Source: Terrimicrobiaceae bacterium (lineage in GTDB: Bacteria; Verrucomicrobiota; Verrucomicrobiia; Chthoniobacterales; Terrimicrobiaceae). From it: DNA of 50,399 nt. Under the pieces are notes generated by a model that had not been told where the DNA came from, searched no databases, and saw only the letters and a program-made list of their open reading frames with translations. Each line of letters begins with the position of its first letter. Position 1 is the stretch's first letter. The stretch covers positions 1 through 50,399 of the forward strand of contig JBIIPZ010000021.1 in assembly GCA_044342325.1 (NCBI GenBank), written 5' to 3'. The position numbers and the translations under genes were made by a program. This document shows positions 26,450-35,963 of the stretch, one piece after another.

Positions 26450-26481
26450 AAGCCCGCCAATCCAAAAACCTCCCCACCTAA
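26188..26481 (+). CDS. YkgJ-family CxxCxxCC cysteine-cluster protein
   Basis: CQRCGACC...RCIAL.G.....CAIYHARP.ACRSF signature. Confidence 0.8.
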   Translation: MESQYDCQRCGACCSHRWSWPVLRRDRSDATGIPAEYLRTDYPLLKTDPCGRCIALRGEVGRGVACAIYHARPSACRSFQPGSPLCIEARQSKNLPT

Positions 26482-26485
26482 TCCC

Positions 26486-27013
26486 ATGCCATACAACCCC
26501 ACCGTCAACGACCGATCTGGAGAAATCCTCGCAAATGCCACAGCCAACGCAGCTCAAATCCGCGCCCAAGGCATGATGGCTATGGGCGAAGGAATAAGCG
26601 ACGGCCTCGCCGCAATCGGCGGCGGACTATCTCAAGGCATGACGAAATCCCAAGAAAACCGGATCGCCTCGGACGGTGCCAACGCCAAGTTCGACATGCT
26701 CAAAGGCATGAAAAAAACCGATGACCAACCCCTTTTCAGTCAAGAAACCATCGACAAATTCGACACCATGCCGCTCGGTAAGCGCCAAGCCATTGTGCAG
26801 ACAGCAGAGGCTATTATGGACGACGACCTAAAGCGCTGGATGTATCAGACCCAATACAACGCCCAAGCCAACCGCGTTAACGCGAATATACTCGCCCAGC
26901 AACCGGCCGCAAACCAAGTCCCCATAAACACAAACACTGCCCCCGCAGCGCAACCGCAGGCCAATCCTCCAGCGGCTCCACAAGATTGGCGCAGCATGGT
27001 TCCTCAGCGCTAA
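26486..27013 (+). CDS. Putative ejection (internal virion) protein
   Basis: 175 aa, Ala/Gln/Gly-rich helical sequence, in the ejection module. Confidence 0.5.
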   Translation: MPYNPTVNDRSGEILANATANAAQIRAQGMMAMGEGISDGLAAIGGGLSQGMTKSQENRIASDGANAKFDMLKGMKKTDDQPLFSQETIDKFDTMPLGKRQAIVQTAEAIMDDDLKRWMYQTQYNAQANRVNANILAQQPAANQVPINTNTAPAAQPQANPPAAPQDWRSMVPQR

Positions 27014-27018
27014 TCATT

Positions 27019-27984
27019 ATGACACTGACACCGCAACCCAATCCCACCGCCGAGGACATGGCAGACTTCGTAACGCCCGTTGCAGAAATTCCCGCCCCAC
27101 CGCCACAGCGCCAATCCAAGGGCCTGTCTTTCGATTTCAATGGCCTCATCGGTCGTTTACAGACCGAGGGCTTTGATTCTCTTTCTCGCCCGCAGCAAGA
27201 GCTGCTTTACCATCTCAAGGACAATCCAGACCTCGAAATGAGCCCCGAGCAGATGGCCATGTTCGTAACCGAGACCGACAAAAGACTCCGCGAGCAGGCT
27301 TCTCCAGAAGCTCAAGCACGACTTGCTAACACCCAGCTTGATGTTGCCACAAAGAAAACTGCACTTACTACTGCCGCAAAAGAATCCCAAGAAGACGCGA
27401 AAAAAACATACCAACGCGCATCCAATATGGTCTGGCTCCTTGATAATTTGAGGGGAGGAAAACGCGGAGAGGTTGCAGAAAAAAATGAAAAATGGAGGCC
27501 GCGCGTCGGATCAGTCGATGGTCGTTGGCCATCCTTACTTTCATCCGAAGAGACACTTGGTTGGAATGCTGACTTTAACAGCTTAAAGGGCATGATTAAT
27601 TTGACCGAGGCACAGGCCAACCGAGGGCAGGGTTCGCTGACTGAAGGCGAGCGCACACTTATGGCGCAAGCTGCATCTTTGGGACTAGATCAAGTCCGCG
27701 ACGAGGCAGGATTTAATAAAGCCTTTGAGCGCATGTATGACATGGCCGCCGAAGCTCAACAGTCAAACATGAAAAAACTTTCGGGCGCCGACAAGGCCGA
27801 CCCTTCATCCACGCCCGCACAACAACCCGCAACCACCGTCCCAGCCGCAGCACCGCAACCCCAGCCGCAATTCCGCAGCAAAGAAGAAATCGTCCAAGCC
27901 GTGAACGCCGGCAAACTCACCCGCGAGCAAGGAGTTTCGATCCTCCGCTCCCAGTTCAACAACGATTTCCGATCTGGCCAATGA
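27019..27984 (+). CDS. Putative ejection (internal virion) protein
   Basis: 321 aa, helical, with a GQGSLTEGER motif. ATGA-coupled to the next gene. Confidence 0.55.
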   Translation: MTLTPQPNPTAEDMADFVTPVAEIPAPPPQRQSKGLSFDFNGLIGRLQTEGFDSLSRPQQELLYHLKDNPDLEMSPEQMAMFVTETDKRLREQASPEAQARLANTQLDVATKKTALTTAAKESQEDAKKTYQRASNMVWLLDNLRGGKRGEVAEKNEKWRPRVGSVDGRWPSLLSSEETLGWNADFNSLKGMINLTEAQANRGQGSLTEGERTLMAQAASLGLDQVRDEAGFNKAFERMYDMAAEAQQSNMKKLSGADKADPSSTPAQQPATTVPAAAPQPQPQFRSKEEIVQAVNAGKLTREQGVSILRSQFNNDFRSGQ

Positions 27985-30900
27985 GCGCACTTCTTGACCC
28001 AGAAGCCTGGTTAGACGAGCAACTTGCCACCACAAAGCCCACGGTCGTTTCCAATAAAGAAATGACCTCCGATGAACTTGATGCTCTGGCAGCCGCCGAG
28101 CTGCCGGTGCAGGACGCCCCCATCCCCCCGAACGCCTCTACGGCAATCGCCGCAAGCGGAGCGCCTGAACAGACAGGCTCACCCGGACTGATCACCGGGG
28201 AGGGGGCTCTTCCTGCAAGCGACGATCCACGCATGGATGCCGAAACATGGCTCGACAACGCCATCGCCACAACTCCCACCCCCCGCGCAGTCAAGCTCCC
28301 AAACGGCCGCTCCAGCTACGGCAACGACTTTCTCAAGACCATCGACACCACCAAGCTCACGCCCGAAGAATATCTTTCCATTGAGCCAGATGTGGAGGTC
28401 GTCAAAGGAATGCTGCACAATCCCCAATACACTCCTTCCTTTGAGGAGTGGCAGGATTTGAGCGCTATCGAAAAGCGCCTCGTTGACGAGGGCAAAATCA
28501 AAAAACCCGGCAGCCTTGAGATGGTCGGCAATGCCGTAGGCGGCCTCGTCGTCCTCGCCAGCGACTTCATCTACAACACCGCCATCGATGCAGATGGCTC
28601 CATCACCCGACCAGGCGAAACTATTGACCGCATGCAGCAAGGCACATGGCGCGTTGCTCCCGCCGAAACCCTCGCCCGATCCCCAGCCACCATGGTCTCC
28701 GCTGGTAAGCTCGCTGGCGCTACTTTGCAATATATCGGCCAGATGATCGATGCTGATTGGAACGAACGCCCACAATATGTCGTGAACGAAACCGGCGAAC
28801 TTCTCGCCAGCAGTTCACAGCTTCGCCTCCCGCCCGCAGATATTCTTGCCAAGCAATATGCTGCTCGCGGTCAAACCGTGCGCCCTATCAACGAACAAGA
28901 AGTCCAGCAGTTCGACTACGACCGCTTCGTCCAACGCCGCCAGACACAGAAACTCGAGGATGATGCGCTAAACAATACCACCGCACCCACCGAGTTTATC
29001 ACCATGCTTCTCACTGGGCGCAACCAAGCGGAAAAGCCCATCCAATCGCAAGCACAGGTGGGCGCCACCGCAGTAGACCCATTAGCTATAGGTCCTGTTG
29101 CTTCCGCAGGCACCCGATGGGGCCTTTCAGCTTTTGGGAAAAAAGCCAGCGCCAAGATGCTCAGTGGACTGGAAAAAGCCAGCGGCGGCATCGCCCGCGC
29201 CAATGATGCACTTTTAGACCGCTTCGCCAAAACCGTCTCCGATCAGACCGGAGTCGAACTCAGCACATGGCAGAAAGGAATCGAGGCCACTAAAGATGTT
29301 GCCAAGCGCTCTGTCATTCCAGCATTGGGAGGAGCAGGAAACACAATTTTGGGAGGCGATCCATTTGTTTCCACCGCGATAGCCAGTTCCTACGGCCTCT
29401 ATAAAGGTGGCCTCTTCGTCCTCCGCCGCATCGAAACAGGCTCCCGCGCAGGCAAGACCATCCTTCGCGAATCTGCCGATGCCACAAATGGCCTTGACCA
29501 AGTCGCCCGCCTTGCCGTCGCAGCCAATCCCGCAGTCCCTACCGCAGTCCGCGAAGTATTGGAGCGCCCATCCAACTTCATCCCTCTGGAAAGCACTCCT
29601 GCCCGCATCGCTGCCAACCCTGCCTTCGGCCCCACCACTCGCGCTGTAGCAGATCGCCTTTCAAATCCCCTCGTTGTCCAAGCAGTCCGCAATACCGCCG
29701 CACTCGCCAAAGGCTCTGCCAAAGGAGCCATCGTCAACGCCCCCTTCGCCTACATGTCAGCAAATATGGGCGACCAAGAAGGTGCTGCTGGAGCTATCGG
29801 CTCCGGCCTTGCCTTTGGTGCCGCAGGTGCCGCATTTGAGCGTGTCGCCGGAGTGCGCGACCGTCGCTACCAACAAGCTGTAGGCGACATCGGCCGCATG
29901 CTCGTCGATGTGGAACTCGTCGGCGGCGATGTAAATCACCTCGTCAAAACCCGCGACATGCAGGGACTCGCCGATCTCGCCGCCATCCAAGGCTACTACC
30001 GCAACGGCTTTGATTTCGTCCCGCTCAACAACGCCGATTACAACGACAATCGCCGCGTCAACGGCCAGAAAGACATGGTCTCGCCAAACAAGAAAGGCAC
30101 CGCAGGATATTTTGTCCAGACGGTCCCAGATGGTGGAAAGCCCATCATCTACATGAATCTCGACGCCACCAACCGCAACCCCCTCCCGCACGAGATCGGC
30201 CACCTCATCACCGCAGGCGGCTTGGAGAATCCTCAGAAGATCGCAGCCCGCGCCTGGGTGGATAAAACCTACGGCACCGATGGCATTAAAGCTCGCGGCG
30301 AAGAATACGCCCGCACCCTCATCCAAGCCCGCGCCGATGCCGCCGCCCGCGCCGAAGGCAAACAACCCAAGCCCATCGACATCACTCCCGACATGCTCGC
30401 CGCCGAGATGGATAGCCTCGGACAAGACGGCCTTGTTCGCGGCGATATCACCACCATGGATTGGGCACGCGACGAAATCTTTGCCGAGACCTTCGCCACC
30501 AACGCCGCCACCATGGATTGGTCTTCCATCCGCAGGGGCAATCCCGCCGGCGGAAACTTCCTCACATTCGCCGAAGGCATCCTCGGCGCCCAAGCTCGCG
30601 GCCTCATGGCAGCAGGCGTCCGCATCGATCCTCAAACAGGCACTCCTCTTGACACCCCCGCCAGCCTTTTCAACGAAAACCCCGTCCTCGCCGCCGACCC
30701 CCAAATCATCAAGCAACTCGAGACCTACAGTAAAAACTACCGCTCCTACCTCCTCGCCCCCGAGCAGTCAAAACCACGCGGCGCTCGCGTCGCCCCAAGC
30801 GGCCGCGCCCAAGACATCGCCAACACCGGCCTCGTCAAAAACCACGCCAACGACCAAGGAGGGCAGGAAAACCTTTTTCAAGTCACAGACCCCACCGGCA

Positions 30901-31745
30901 ACACACGCGCCAAAGAACAGAGTGAACTCAATGCCGAGCAAAAACTCCGCTCCGAGCAGGTAGGGAATCTTTTCAAAACCAAAAAACTCAACTCCCCGGC
31001 AGACCCCACCGTCAGTTTGAAAAAACGCACGGACGGAAAGACCGAGGTATTCGGCCGCCGCTTGCCACAGAATTTCTTTTTCTCAAATTCCTTTGGCCGC
31101 CACATCCGCGATTTTGCCCGCGTCTTCGAGGAAGCCATGGACTCTGGTGAGACGCTCAACACAAGCTATTTTGCCCTCCTCACCCGCTCCGACACTGGCG
31201 CTGTTCGCGTCAAAGACCTCGGCAACACCGCCCGCATCGACCGCGAGGTCGTGCCGTTCCAGTGGTTCGTATCCAAACAAAACAACATCCTTGCCGAAGT
31301 CCTCGATGTCACAAAATTCCGCAACCGCTTCAACCGCGCCGTTGCCGATGGCGACGAACCCATCGCACGCCTCTTCGATAACAAATGGGACAACATTGAG
31401 CCCACATTCAAGAAGCTGCTCGACAACCACCGCAACAACCTCCCTGGCGAGTCCGGCCTCGGCGGAAGCGCCGTCGAGAAAAAGGATGTCCTCAACGCCC
31501 TCATCGGTATCGCCACAAACGAAAACCGCTCCCGCAACCCCTACAACGGCCGCTACGGCAGCGGCAGCGCTATTGAAAGATTCCGCCTCGACCGCATCAA
31601 CGACTCCACTAAATCCGGCCGCACAGGCTACCAATTCGACTACCCCAAAGCCGCAGGTAACGCCCTCCCCGACAAGCCAGCCCCCATGCCGGACTTGTCA
31701 AGAGACCTGCCAACGCCACAAAGCCAAGCCATGCCTGCCGAATAG
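27981..31745 (+). CDS. Large internal virion / polyvalent-type protein with HExxH motif
   Basis: 1254 aa, last gene of the prophage. Gly/Ala-rich hydrophobic segments, PHEIGHLI and a downstream DEIFAE. Confidence 0.6.
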   Translation: MSALLDPEAWLDEQLATTKPTVVSNKEMTSDELDALAAAELPVQDAPIPPNASTAIAASGAPEQTGSPGLITGEGALPASDDPRMDAETWLDNAIATTPTPRAVKLPNGRSSYGNDFLKTIDTTKLTPEEYLSIEPDVEVVKGMLHNPQYTPSFEEWQDLSAIEKRLVDEGKIKKPGSLEMVGNAVGGLVVLASDFIYNTAIDADGSITRPGETIDRMQQGTWRVAPAETLARSPATMVSAGKLAGATLQYIGQMIDADWNERPQYVVNETGELLASSSQLRLPPADILAKQYAARGQTVRPINEQEVQQFDYDRFVQRRQTQKLEDDALNNTTAPTEFITMLLTGRNQAEKPIQSQAQVGATAVDPLAIGPVASAGTRWGLSAFGKKASAKMLSGLEKASGGIARANDALLDRFAKTVSDQTGVELSTWQKGIEATKDVAKRSVIPALGGAGNTILGGDPFVSTAIASSYGLYKGGLFVLRRIETGSRAGKTILRESADATNGLDQVARLAVAANPAVPTAVREVLERPSNFIPLESTPARIAANPAFGPTTRAVADRLSNPLVVQAVRNTAALAKGSAKGAIVNAPFAYMSANMGDQEGAAGAIGSGLAFGAAGAAFERVAGVRDRRYQQAVGDIGRMLVDVELVGGDVNHLVKTRDMQGLADLAAIQGYYRNGFDFVPLNNADYNDNRRVNGQKDMVSPNKKGTAGYFVQTVPDGGKPIIYMNLDATNRNPLPHEIGHLITAGGLENPQKIAARAWVDKTYGTDGIKARGEEYARTLIQARADAAARAEGKQPKPIDITPDMLAAEMDSLGQDGLVRGDITTMDWARDEIFAETFATNAATMDWSSIRRGNPAGGNFLTFAEGILGAQARGLMAAGVRIDPQTGTPLDTPASLFNENPVLAADPQIIKQLETYSKNYRSYLLAPEQSKPRGARVAPSGRAQDIANTGLVKNHANDQGGQENLFQVTDPTGNTRAKEQSELNAEQKLRSEQVGNLFKTKKLNSPADPTVSLKKRTDGKTEVFGRRLPQNFFFSNSFGRHIRDFARVFEEAMDSGETLNTSYFALLTRSDTGAVRVKDLGNTARIDREVVPFQWFVSKQNNILAEVLDVTKFRNRFNRAVADGDEPIARLFDNKWDNIEPTFKKLLDNHRNNLPGESGLGGSAVEKKDVLNALIGIATNENRSRNPYNGRYGSGSAIERFRLDRINDSTKSGRTGYQFDYPKAAGNALPDKPAPMPDLSRDLPTPQSQAMPAE

Positions 31746-31861
31746 TCGCACCAAAAAACGGTGTGAATTTTCTGTGGTCACAACCCCCCAAACCTCTCCG
31801 CCTCCGCCTGCGGGTCGCCCGAAAATTGTAAAATTTTACAGGTCGAAAAAAATTGAAAAAA

Positions 31862-31992
31862 TGTCAATGCACCAAAATCATTGACACTTTTACTAGGCGG
31901 TAAGTTGGAGTCAAAACCCACCTTTTTGGCCTTTTTCCCTCTACTGAACGAGTGACGAAAATCCAAAAAGTGTCAATCATTGACATTGACAC
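31862..31992. repeat. Cluster of TGTCAAT/ATTGACA motifs next to the att core (possible integrase arm or Xis sites)
   Basis: Copies at 31862, 31880, 31971, 31979 and 31985. ATTGACACTTTT and AAAAGTGTCAAT form an inverted pair. Confidence 0.5.
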
Positions 31993-32003
31993 AAGGGAAA
32001 CAG

Positions 32004-32031
32004 GTGGGTTCGAATCCCACCTCCTCCGCCA
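32004..32031 (+). pseudogene. 3' fragment of tRNA-Ser (prophage att core)
   Basis: T-arm GTGGG-TTCGAAT-CCCAC, acceptor strand CTCCTCC, discriminator G and CCA. No 5' half upstream. Confidence 0.8.
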
Positions 32032-32263
32032 CAATCCGCGAAGCCCTATGTTTGGAGGGTCAGCGTCCTCGCCTGACCCAAATTTCAAACACGGCTAGAT
32101 CACAAAGTCACGGGGCCGAGACCATCTTCGCAACAAATCCAGCATCCCACGAGAGCGCGTCTCTACGGGAATCCACCTGACCGCTTGCGCGATTTTCTCC
32201 GTCTCTCCAACGCGAACAAAAATGTTGAGTGAAGTTCCAGCGGCATTCAGTCTGTCGGTCGAT

Positions 32264-33454
32264 ATGATTGTCTCACCTAAGATTCGTGGATTCATTTGCA
32301 CCACTGCCCATCCGACGGGATGTGCGAAGCATGTTGCCGACCAGATTGCGGTTGTCAAAAAGCGCGGCCCTCTGGCTAACGGGCCCAAGAAGGTTCTCGT
32401 GATTGGAAGTTCGACAGGCTATGGCCTCGCTTCGCGGATTGCGGCGGCTTTTGGAGCGAATGCTGCCACGATTGGTGTGTTCTTTGAGCGAGGTGCCGAG
32501 GGCGGGCGCACGGCAACGGCGGGTTGGTATAATTCCGCTGCGTTCGAGCGCGAGGCGGCCGCCGCCGGACTTTATTCGCGTTCTTTCAATGGTGATGCCT
32601 TTTCGGACGCCATGAAGCAGGAGGTCATTGCAGCCATCAAGGCGGATCTCGGCCAGGTGGACTGCGTGATCTACAGCCTTGCTTCGCCTCGTCGCACGCA
32701 CCCGAAGACGGGCGAGGTTTTCAAATCCGTTCTCAAGCCGATCGGTGAGTCTTATACGAACAAAAATCTCAACACCGGCAATGGTGAGGTGACTTCGATT
32801 TCGATTGAACCCGCGAATGACGAGGAGATCGCGCACACCACGGCTGTGATGGGTGGCGAGGATTGGGAGATGTGGATGGATGACCTGCTTGCTGCTGGAG
32901 TGCTTGCGCCTGGCGTTCGCACATTGGCTTATTCTTACATTGGACCGGTTCTCACTTGGCCTATCTACAAAAATGGCACCATTGGCCGCGCGAAACAGGA
33001 TTTGGAGCGTTGCTGTGCTTCCCTGAACACCAAGCTCGCACCGCTTGGCGGTAAGGCCTGGGTTTCGGTGAATAAAGCTCTCGTCACGCAGGCGAGTTCG
33101 GCCATTCCCGTGGTGCCGCTCTACATTTCGCTTCTCTATAAAATCATGAAAGCCGGTGGCACGCATGAGGAGTGCATCGAGCAGATGGATCGCCTTTTCC
33201 GCGACCGCCTGTCGAATGCCGAGCCTGCCACGGACAGCGAGGGCCGGATTCGTCTGGATGATTGGGAAATGACAGATGCCGTGCAGAATGTCATCAGCGA
33301 GCGGTGGGATGCCGTGGAGACTTCGAATTTCGCGGAACTCGCGGACTTTGCCGGCTACCAGGAGAGCTTCCTGCGCCTGTTTGGTTTCGGTCTCCCAGGC
33401 GTTGATTATCAAGCCGAGGTGGAGCCTGAAGTGTCTATCCCCTCGCTGGCTTGA
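32264..33454 (+). CDS. fabV: Enoyl-ACP reductase / trans-2-enoyl-CoA reductase FabV
   Basis: [33 protein letters not shown] and TQASSAIP motifs. Confidence 0.95.
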   Translation: MIVSPKIRGFICTTAHPTGCAKHVADQIAVVKKRGPLANGPKKVLVIGSSTGYGLASRIAAAFGANAATIGVFFERGAEGGRTATAGWYNSAAFEREAAAAGLYSRSFNGDAFSDAMKQEVIAAIKADLGQVDCVIYSLASPRRTHPKTGEVFKSVLKPIGESYTNKNLNTGNGEVTSISIEPANDEEIAHTTAVMGGEDWEMWMDDLLAAGVLAPGVRTLAYSYIGPVLTWPIYKNGTIGRAKQDLERCCASLNTKLAPLGGKAWVSVNKALVTQASSAIPVVPLYISLLYKIMKAGGTHEECIEQMDRLFRDRLSNAEPATDSEGRIRLDDWEMTDAVQNVISERWDAVETSNFAELADFAGYQESFLRLFGFGLPGVDYQAEVEPEVSIPSLA

Positions 33455-33544
33455 AGTTTCCAGACATTGAGCTGATGCCCTTCCGCGCGCCGATTGGATG
33501 TTGAAGTCCCGGCGCGCGACCACTAACTTTTTCTCTCTTAAAAA

Positions 33545-35068
33545 ATGAAAATCCAACGCGCATTGATCTCAGTTTCCGATAAGACTGGGATTGTCGATTT
33601 TGCCCGTGAGCTGCATGCCTACGGTATCGAAATTCTCTCCACCGGCGGCACGGCCAAGGCCCTGCAAGCCGTGGGCATTCCGACCACCGAGGTCTCGCAT
33701 TTCACCGGTTCGCCCGAAATCCTCGAGGGCCGGGTCAAAACCCTGCATCCGAAAATCCATGGCGGACTTCTTTACATCCGAGGCAACGAGGAACATGAGG
33801 AGCAGGCCAAGGCGCATGGAATCCGTCCGATCGACCTTGTGGTGGTGAATCTCTATCCTTTCGAGGCCACCATCGCCCGCGAGGATGTGACCCTTGCCGA
33901 GGCCATCGAGCAGATCGATATCGGTGGACCCTCCATGATCCGCAGCGCGTCGAAGAACTATCAATCGGTTTGCGTTGTTACAGATCCCTCCGACTACGCG
34001 GCCGTGCTGGCCGATATGAAAGAAGAAAATGGCGGCACGACACTCGTCCTGCGCGAGCGGATGGCGATCAAGGCCTTTGCCACGACATCGCACTACGACG
34101 GCATGATTTCCTCCTTCCTCAATCGCGAGCAGCAGACCTGCGGTCGATTCAGCATCGATTACCCGCTCGAAATGCGCCTCCGCTACGGCGAGAATCCGCA
34201 TCAGCAAGCCGAACTCTACGGCGACTTCGGCTCGTATTTCGAGAAGCTCCACGGAAAAGAACTCTCCTATAACAACATTCTGGATATCAGCGCCGCCGCC
34301 GGCCTCATTTCCGAATTCAGCAAACCGACTGTTGCCATTCTGAAACACACGAACCCTTGTGGTGTCGGTAGTGACCCCGACCTGCGCGAGGCTTGGGAAA
34401 AGGCCTTCGCCACTGACAAGCAGGCGCCATTCGGTGGCATCATCATTTGCAACCAGCCGATCACCCTCGCGCTGGCCAAGGCGATCTGTGAAATCTTCAG
34501 CGAGGTCATCATTGCCCCCGAGTTCGATTCCGAGGCCCGCTCGCTACTTCAGAAGAAGAAAAATCTCCGCCTCATGCGCGTGCTCAAGCCGCTCACCCAA
34601 AGTGGACGCGACATCCGCAGTGTGCTGGGAGGTTTGCTCGTTCAGGACTCTGACACAGCCGAAATCCCGGAGCTCGAGCACAAGGTCGTTACCACACGCC
34701 CGCCGACCAAGGCCGAGATCGAGGCGATGGAATTCGGTTGGAAGATCGTCAAACATGTTAAATCCAACGCCATCGTTTATGCGGGCCCCGACCGCACTTT
34801 GGGCATCGGCGCAGGTCAGATGTCGCGTGTGGATTCCTCACGCATCGCCGTGTGGAAGGCTCAAGAAGCCGGACTCTCTCTCAAAGGCAGCGTCGTTTGC
34901 AGTGATGCGTTTTTCCCGTTCCCTGACGGACTCCTCGCAGCCGCCGAGGCTGGAGCCACGGCGGCCATCCAGCCAGGTGGATCGGTGCGCGACCCCGAGG
35001 TCATCCAGGCCGCCAATGAAAAAGGCGTTGCCATGGTCTTCACGGGAACGCGTCATTTCCGGCATTGA
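33545..35068 (+). CDS. purH: Bifunctional AICAR transformylase/IMP cyclohydrolase
   Basis: [38 protein letters not shown] and C-terminal RHFRH. Confidence 0.97.
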   Translation: MKIQRALISVSDKTGIVDFARELHAYGIEILSTGGTAKALQAVGIPTTEVSHFTGSPEILEGRVKTLHPKIHGGLLYIRGNEEHEEQAKAHGIRPIDLVVVNLYPFEATIAREDVTLAEAIEQIDIGGPSMIRSASKNYQSVCVVTDPSDYAAVLADMKEENGGTTLVLRERMAIKAFATTSHYDGMISSFLNREQQTCGRFSIDYPLEMRLRYGENPHQQAELYGDFGSYFEKLHGKELSYNNILDISAAAGLISEFSKPTVAILKHTNPCGVGSDPDLREAWEKAFATDKQAPFGGIIICNQPITLALAKAICEIFSEVIIAPEFDSEARSLLQKKKNLRLMRVLKPLTQSGRDIRSVLGGLLVQDSDTAEIPELEHKVVTTRPPTKAEIEAMEFGWKIVKHVKSNAIVYAGPDRTLGIGAGQMSRVDSSRIAVWKAQEAGLSLKGSVVCSDAFFPFPDGLLAAAEAGATAAIQPGGSVRDPEVIQAANEKGVAMVFTGTRHFRH

Positions 35069-35078
35069 GGCGGAATTG

Positions 35079-35107
35079 ACCACAGAGGACACAGAGAGCA
35101 CAGAGGG
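35079..35107 (+). repeat. Dispersed intergenic repeat (ACCACAGAG.ACACAGAG..CACAGAG)
   Basis: Identical to the copy at 16803-16831. Confidence 0.85.
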
Positions 35108-35127
35108 TGTAATTTACTCACGGTCTG

Positions 35128-35784
35128 ATGCTCTCGTCCTCGCTCCATTCTCCCAAGCCACTCGCCGTGGTCACCTGCGGTCCGGCTTCTGCGCCGATCG
35201 ACTCGGTGCGGCGCATTACGAATTTTGCGACAGGTGAAATCGGCTCGATTCTCTCCCGAGCTTTTCTGGAGGCGGGTTGGGATGTGATTTGCCTGCGCGG
35301 GGAGGGGAGCACATTTCCTGCGCCAGATGGCATCGATGTCCGTGCGTTTTCGACAAACGACTCGCTGGCCGCCTTGTTTCAAAGCCTACCTGCCACGCCG
35401 AATGCGATTTTCCACGCCGCCGCACTCTGTGATTTTCAGGTCGCATCCATCGAAGGTGGTTCAGGGATGAAAAAAATCCCCACGCGTGACGGGGCGCTCA
35501 CCCTGCATCTTGAGCCTGCGCCAAAAATTCTGCCCCGTTTGCGGGAGTGGTTTCCTGGGGCGTTCATCGTGGGATGGAAATACGAGTTGGACGGCGACAG
35601 GTCTGCGGCTCTTGCAAAGGGGGCGACGCAAATTCGCGAGTGCCACACTAATGCCTGCGTCGTGAATGGTGCGGCCTATGGCGAGGGGTTCGGAATCCTT
35701 CTTCCCGACGACACGCTTACGGAAGTCGCGGATAAGCGCGGGCTGGCTGCCGCGCTTGTGGATTACCCTCCGGCGGCTACTTGA
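35128..35784 (+). CDS. Phosphopantothenate-cysteine ligase-like protein (standalone CoaB/DFP domain)
   Basis: VVTCGP...IDSVR.ITNFATG, HAAALCDF, PKIL and VGWKYE motifs. Confidence 0.8.
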   Translation: MLSSSLHSPKPLAVVTCGPASAPIDSVRRITNFATGEIGSILSRAFLEAGWDVICLRGEGSTFPAPDGIDVRAFSTNDSLAALFQSLPATPNAIFHAAALCDFQVASIEGGSGMKKIPTRDGALTLHLEPAPKILPRLREWFPGAFIVGWKYELDGDRSAALAKGATQIRECHTNACVVNGAAYGEGFGILLPDDTLTEVADKRGLAAALVDYPPAAT

Positions 35785-35963
35785 AGAATCTCGATGCGAT
35801 CGCCCTCTGAGAGGAGACACGCACTCCATTCGCTGCGGATAAGCGCGGTGCCATTGTGCTCGATGAGGACCATCTTTGGCTCAAGGGCGAGGTCGGCAAC
35901 CAGGACCGTGATGGTTTTTGACTCCTCAAATTGGCGTGTCTCGCCATTGATCAAAATGTTCAT
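35763..35963 (-). CDS. thiS: Sulfur carrier protein ThiS
   Basis: 66 aa, ubiquitin-like, C-terminal GG, immediately downstream of thiH. Confidence 0.9.
   Translation of the reverse strand: MNILINGETRQFEESKTITVLVADLALEPKMVLIEHNGTALIRSEWSACLLSEGDRIEILQVAAGG

Larger units (their letters stand above)
1..32031 (+). mobile_element. Prophage, podovirus-like morphogenesis module; left end lies outside the window
   Basis: Co-oriented, tightly overlapping genes (many ATGA junctions) for terminase, scaffold, capsid, portal, fibres, lysis and ejection proteins. No tape-measure or sheath gene recognised. Ends at a tRNA 3'-end fragment, after which housekeeping genes begin. Confidence 0.93.

Noticed and set aside
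3054..31634. Many long minus-strand ORFs across the prophage (e.g. 3054-4238, 4362-5492, 8689-9729, 9751-10749, 24315-25286, 29757-30716)
   Set aside because: They are shadows of + strand genes. The strong C-ending codon bias removes antisense stop codons, and the translations have no recognisable motifs.
31960..32031. Intact tRNA gene
   Set aside because: Only the T-arm and 3' acceptor strand are present. There is no complementary 5' acceptor strand, D-arm or anticodon arm.
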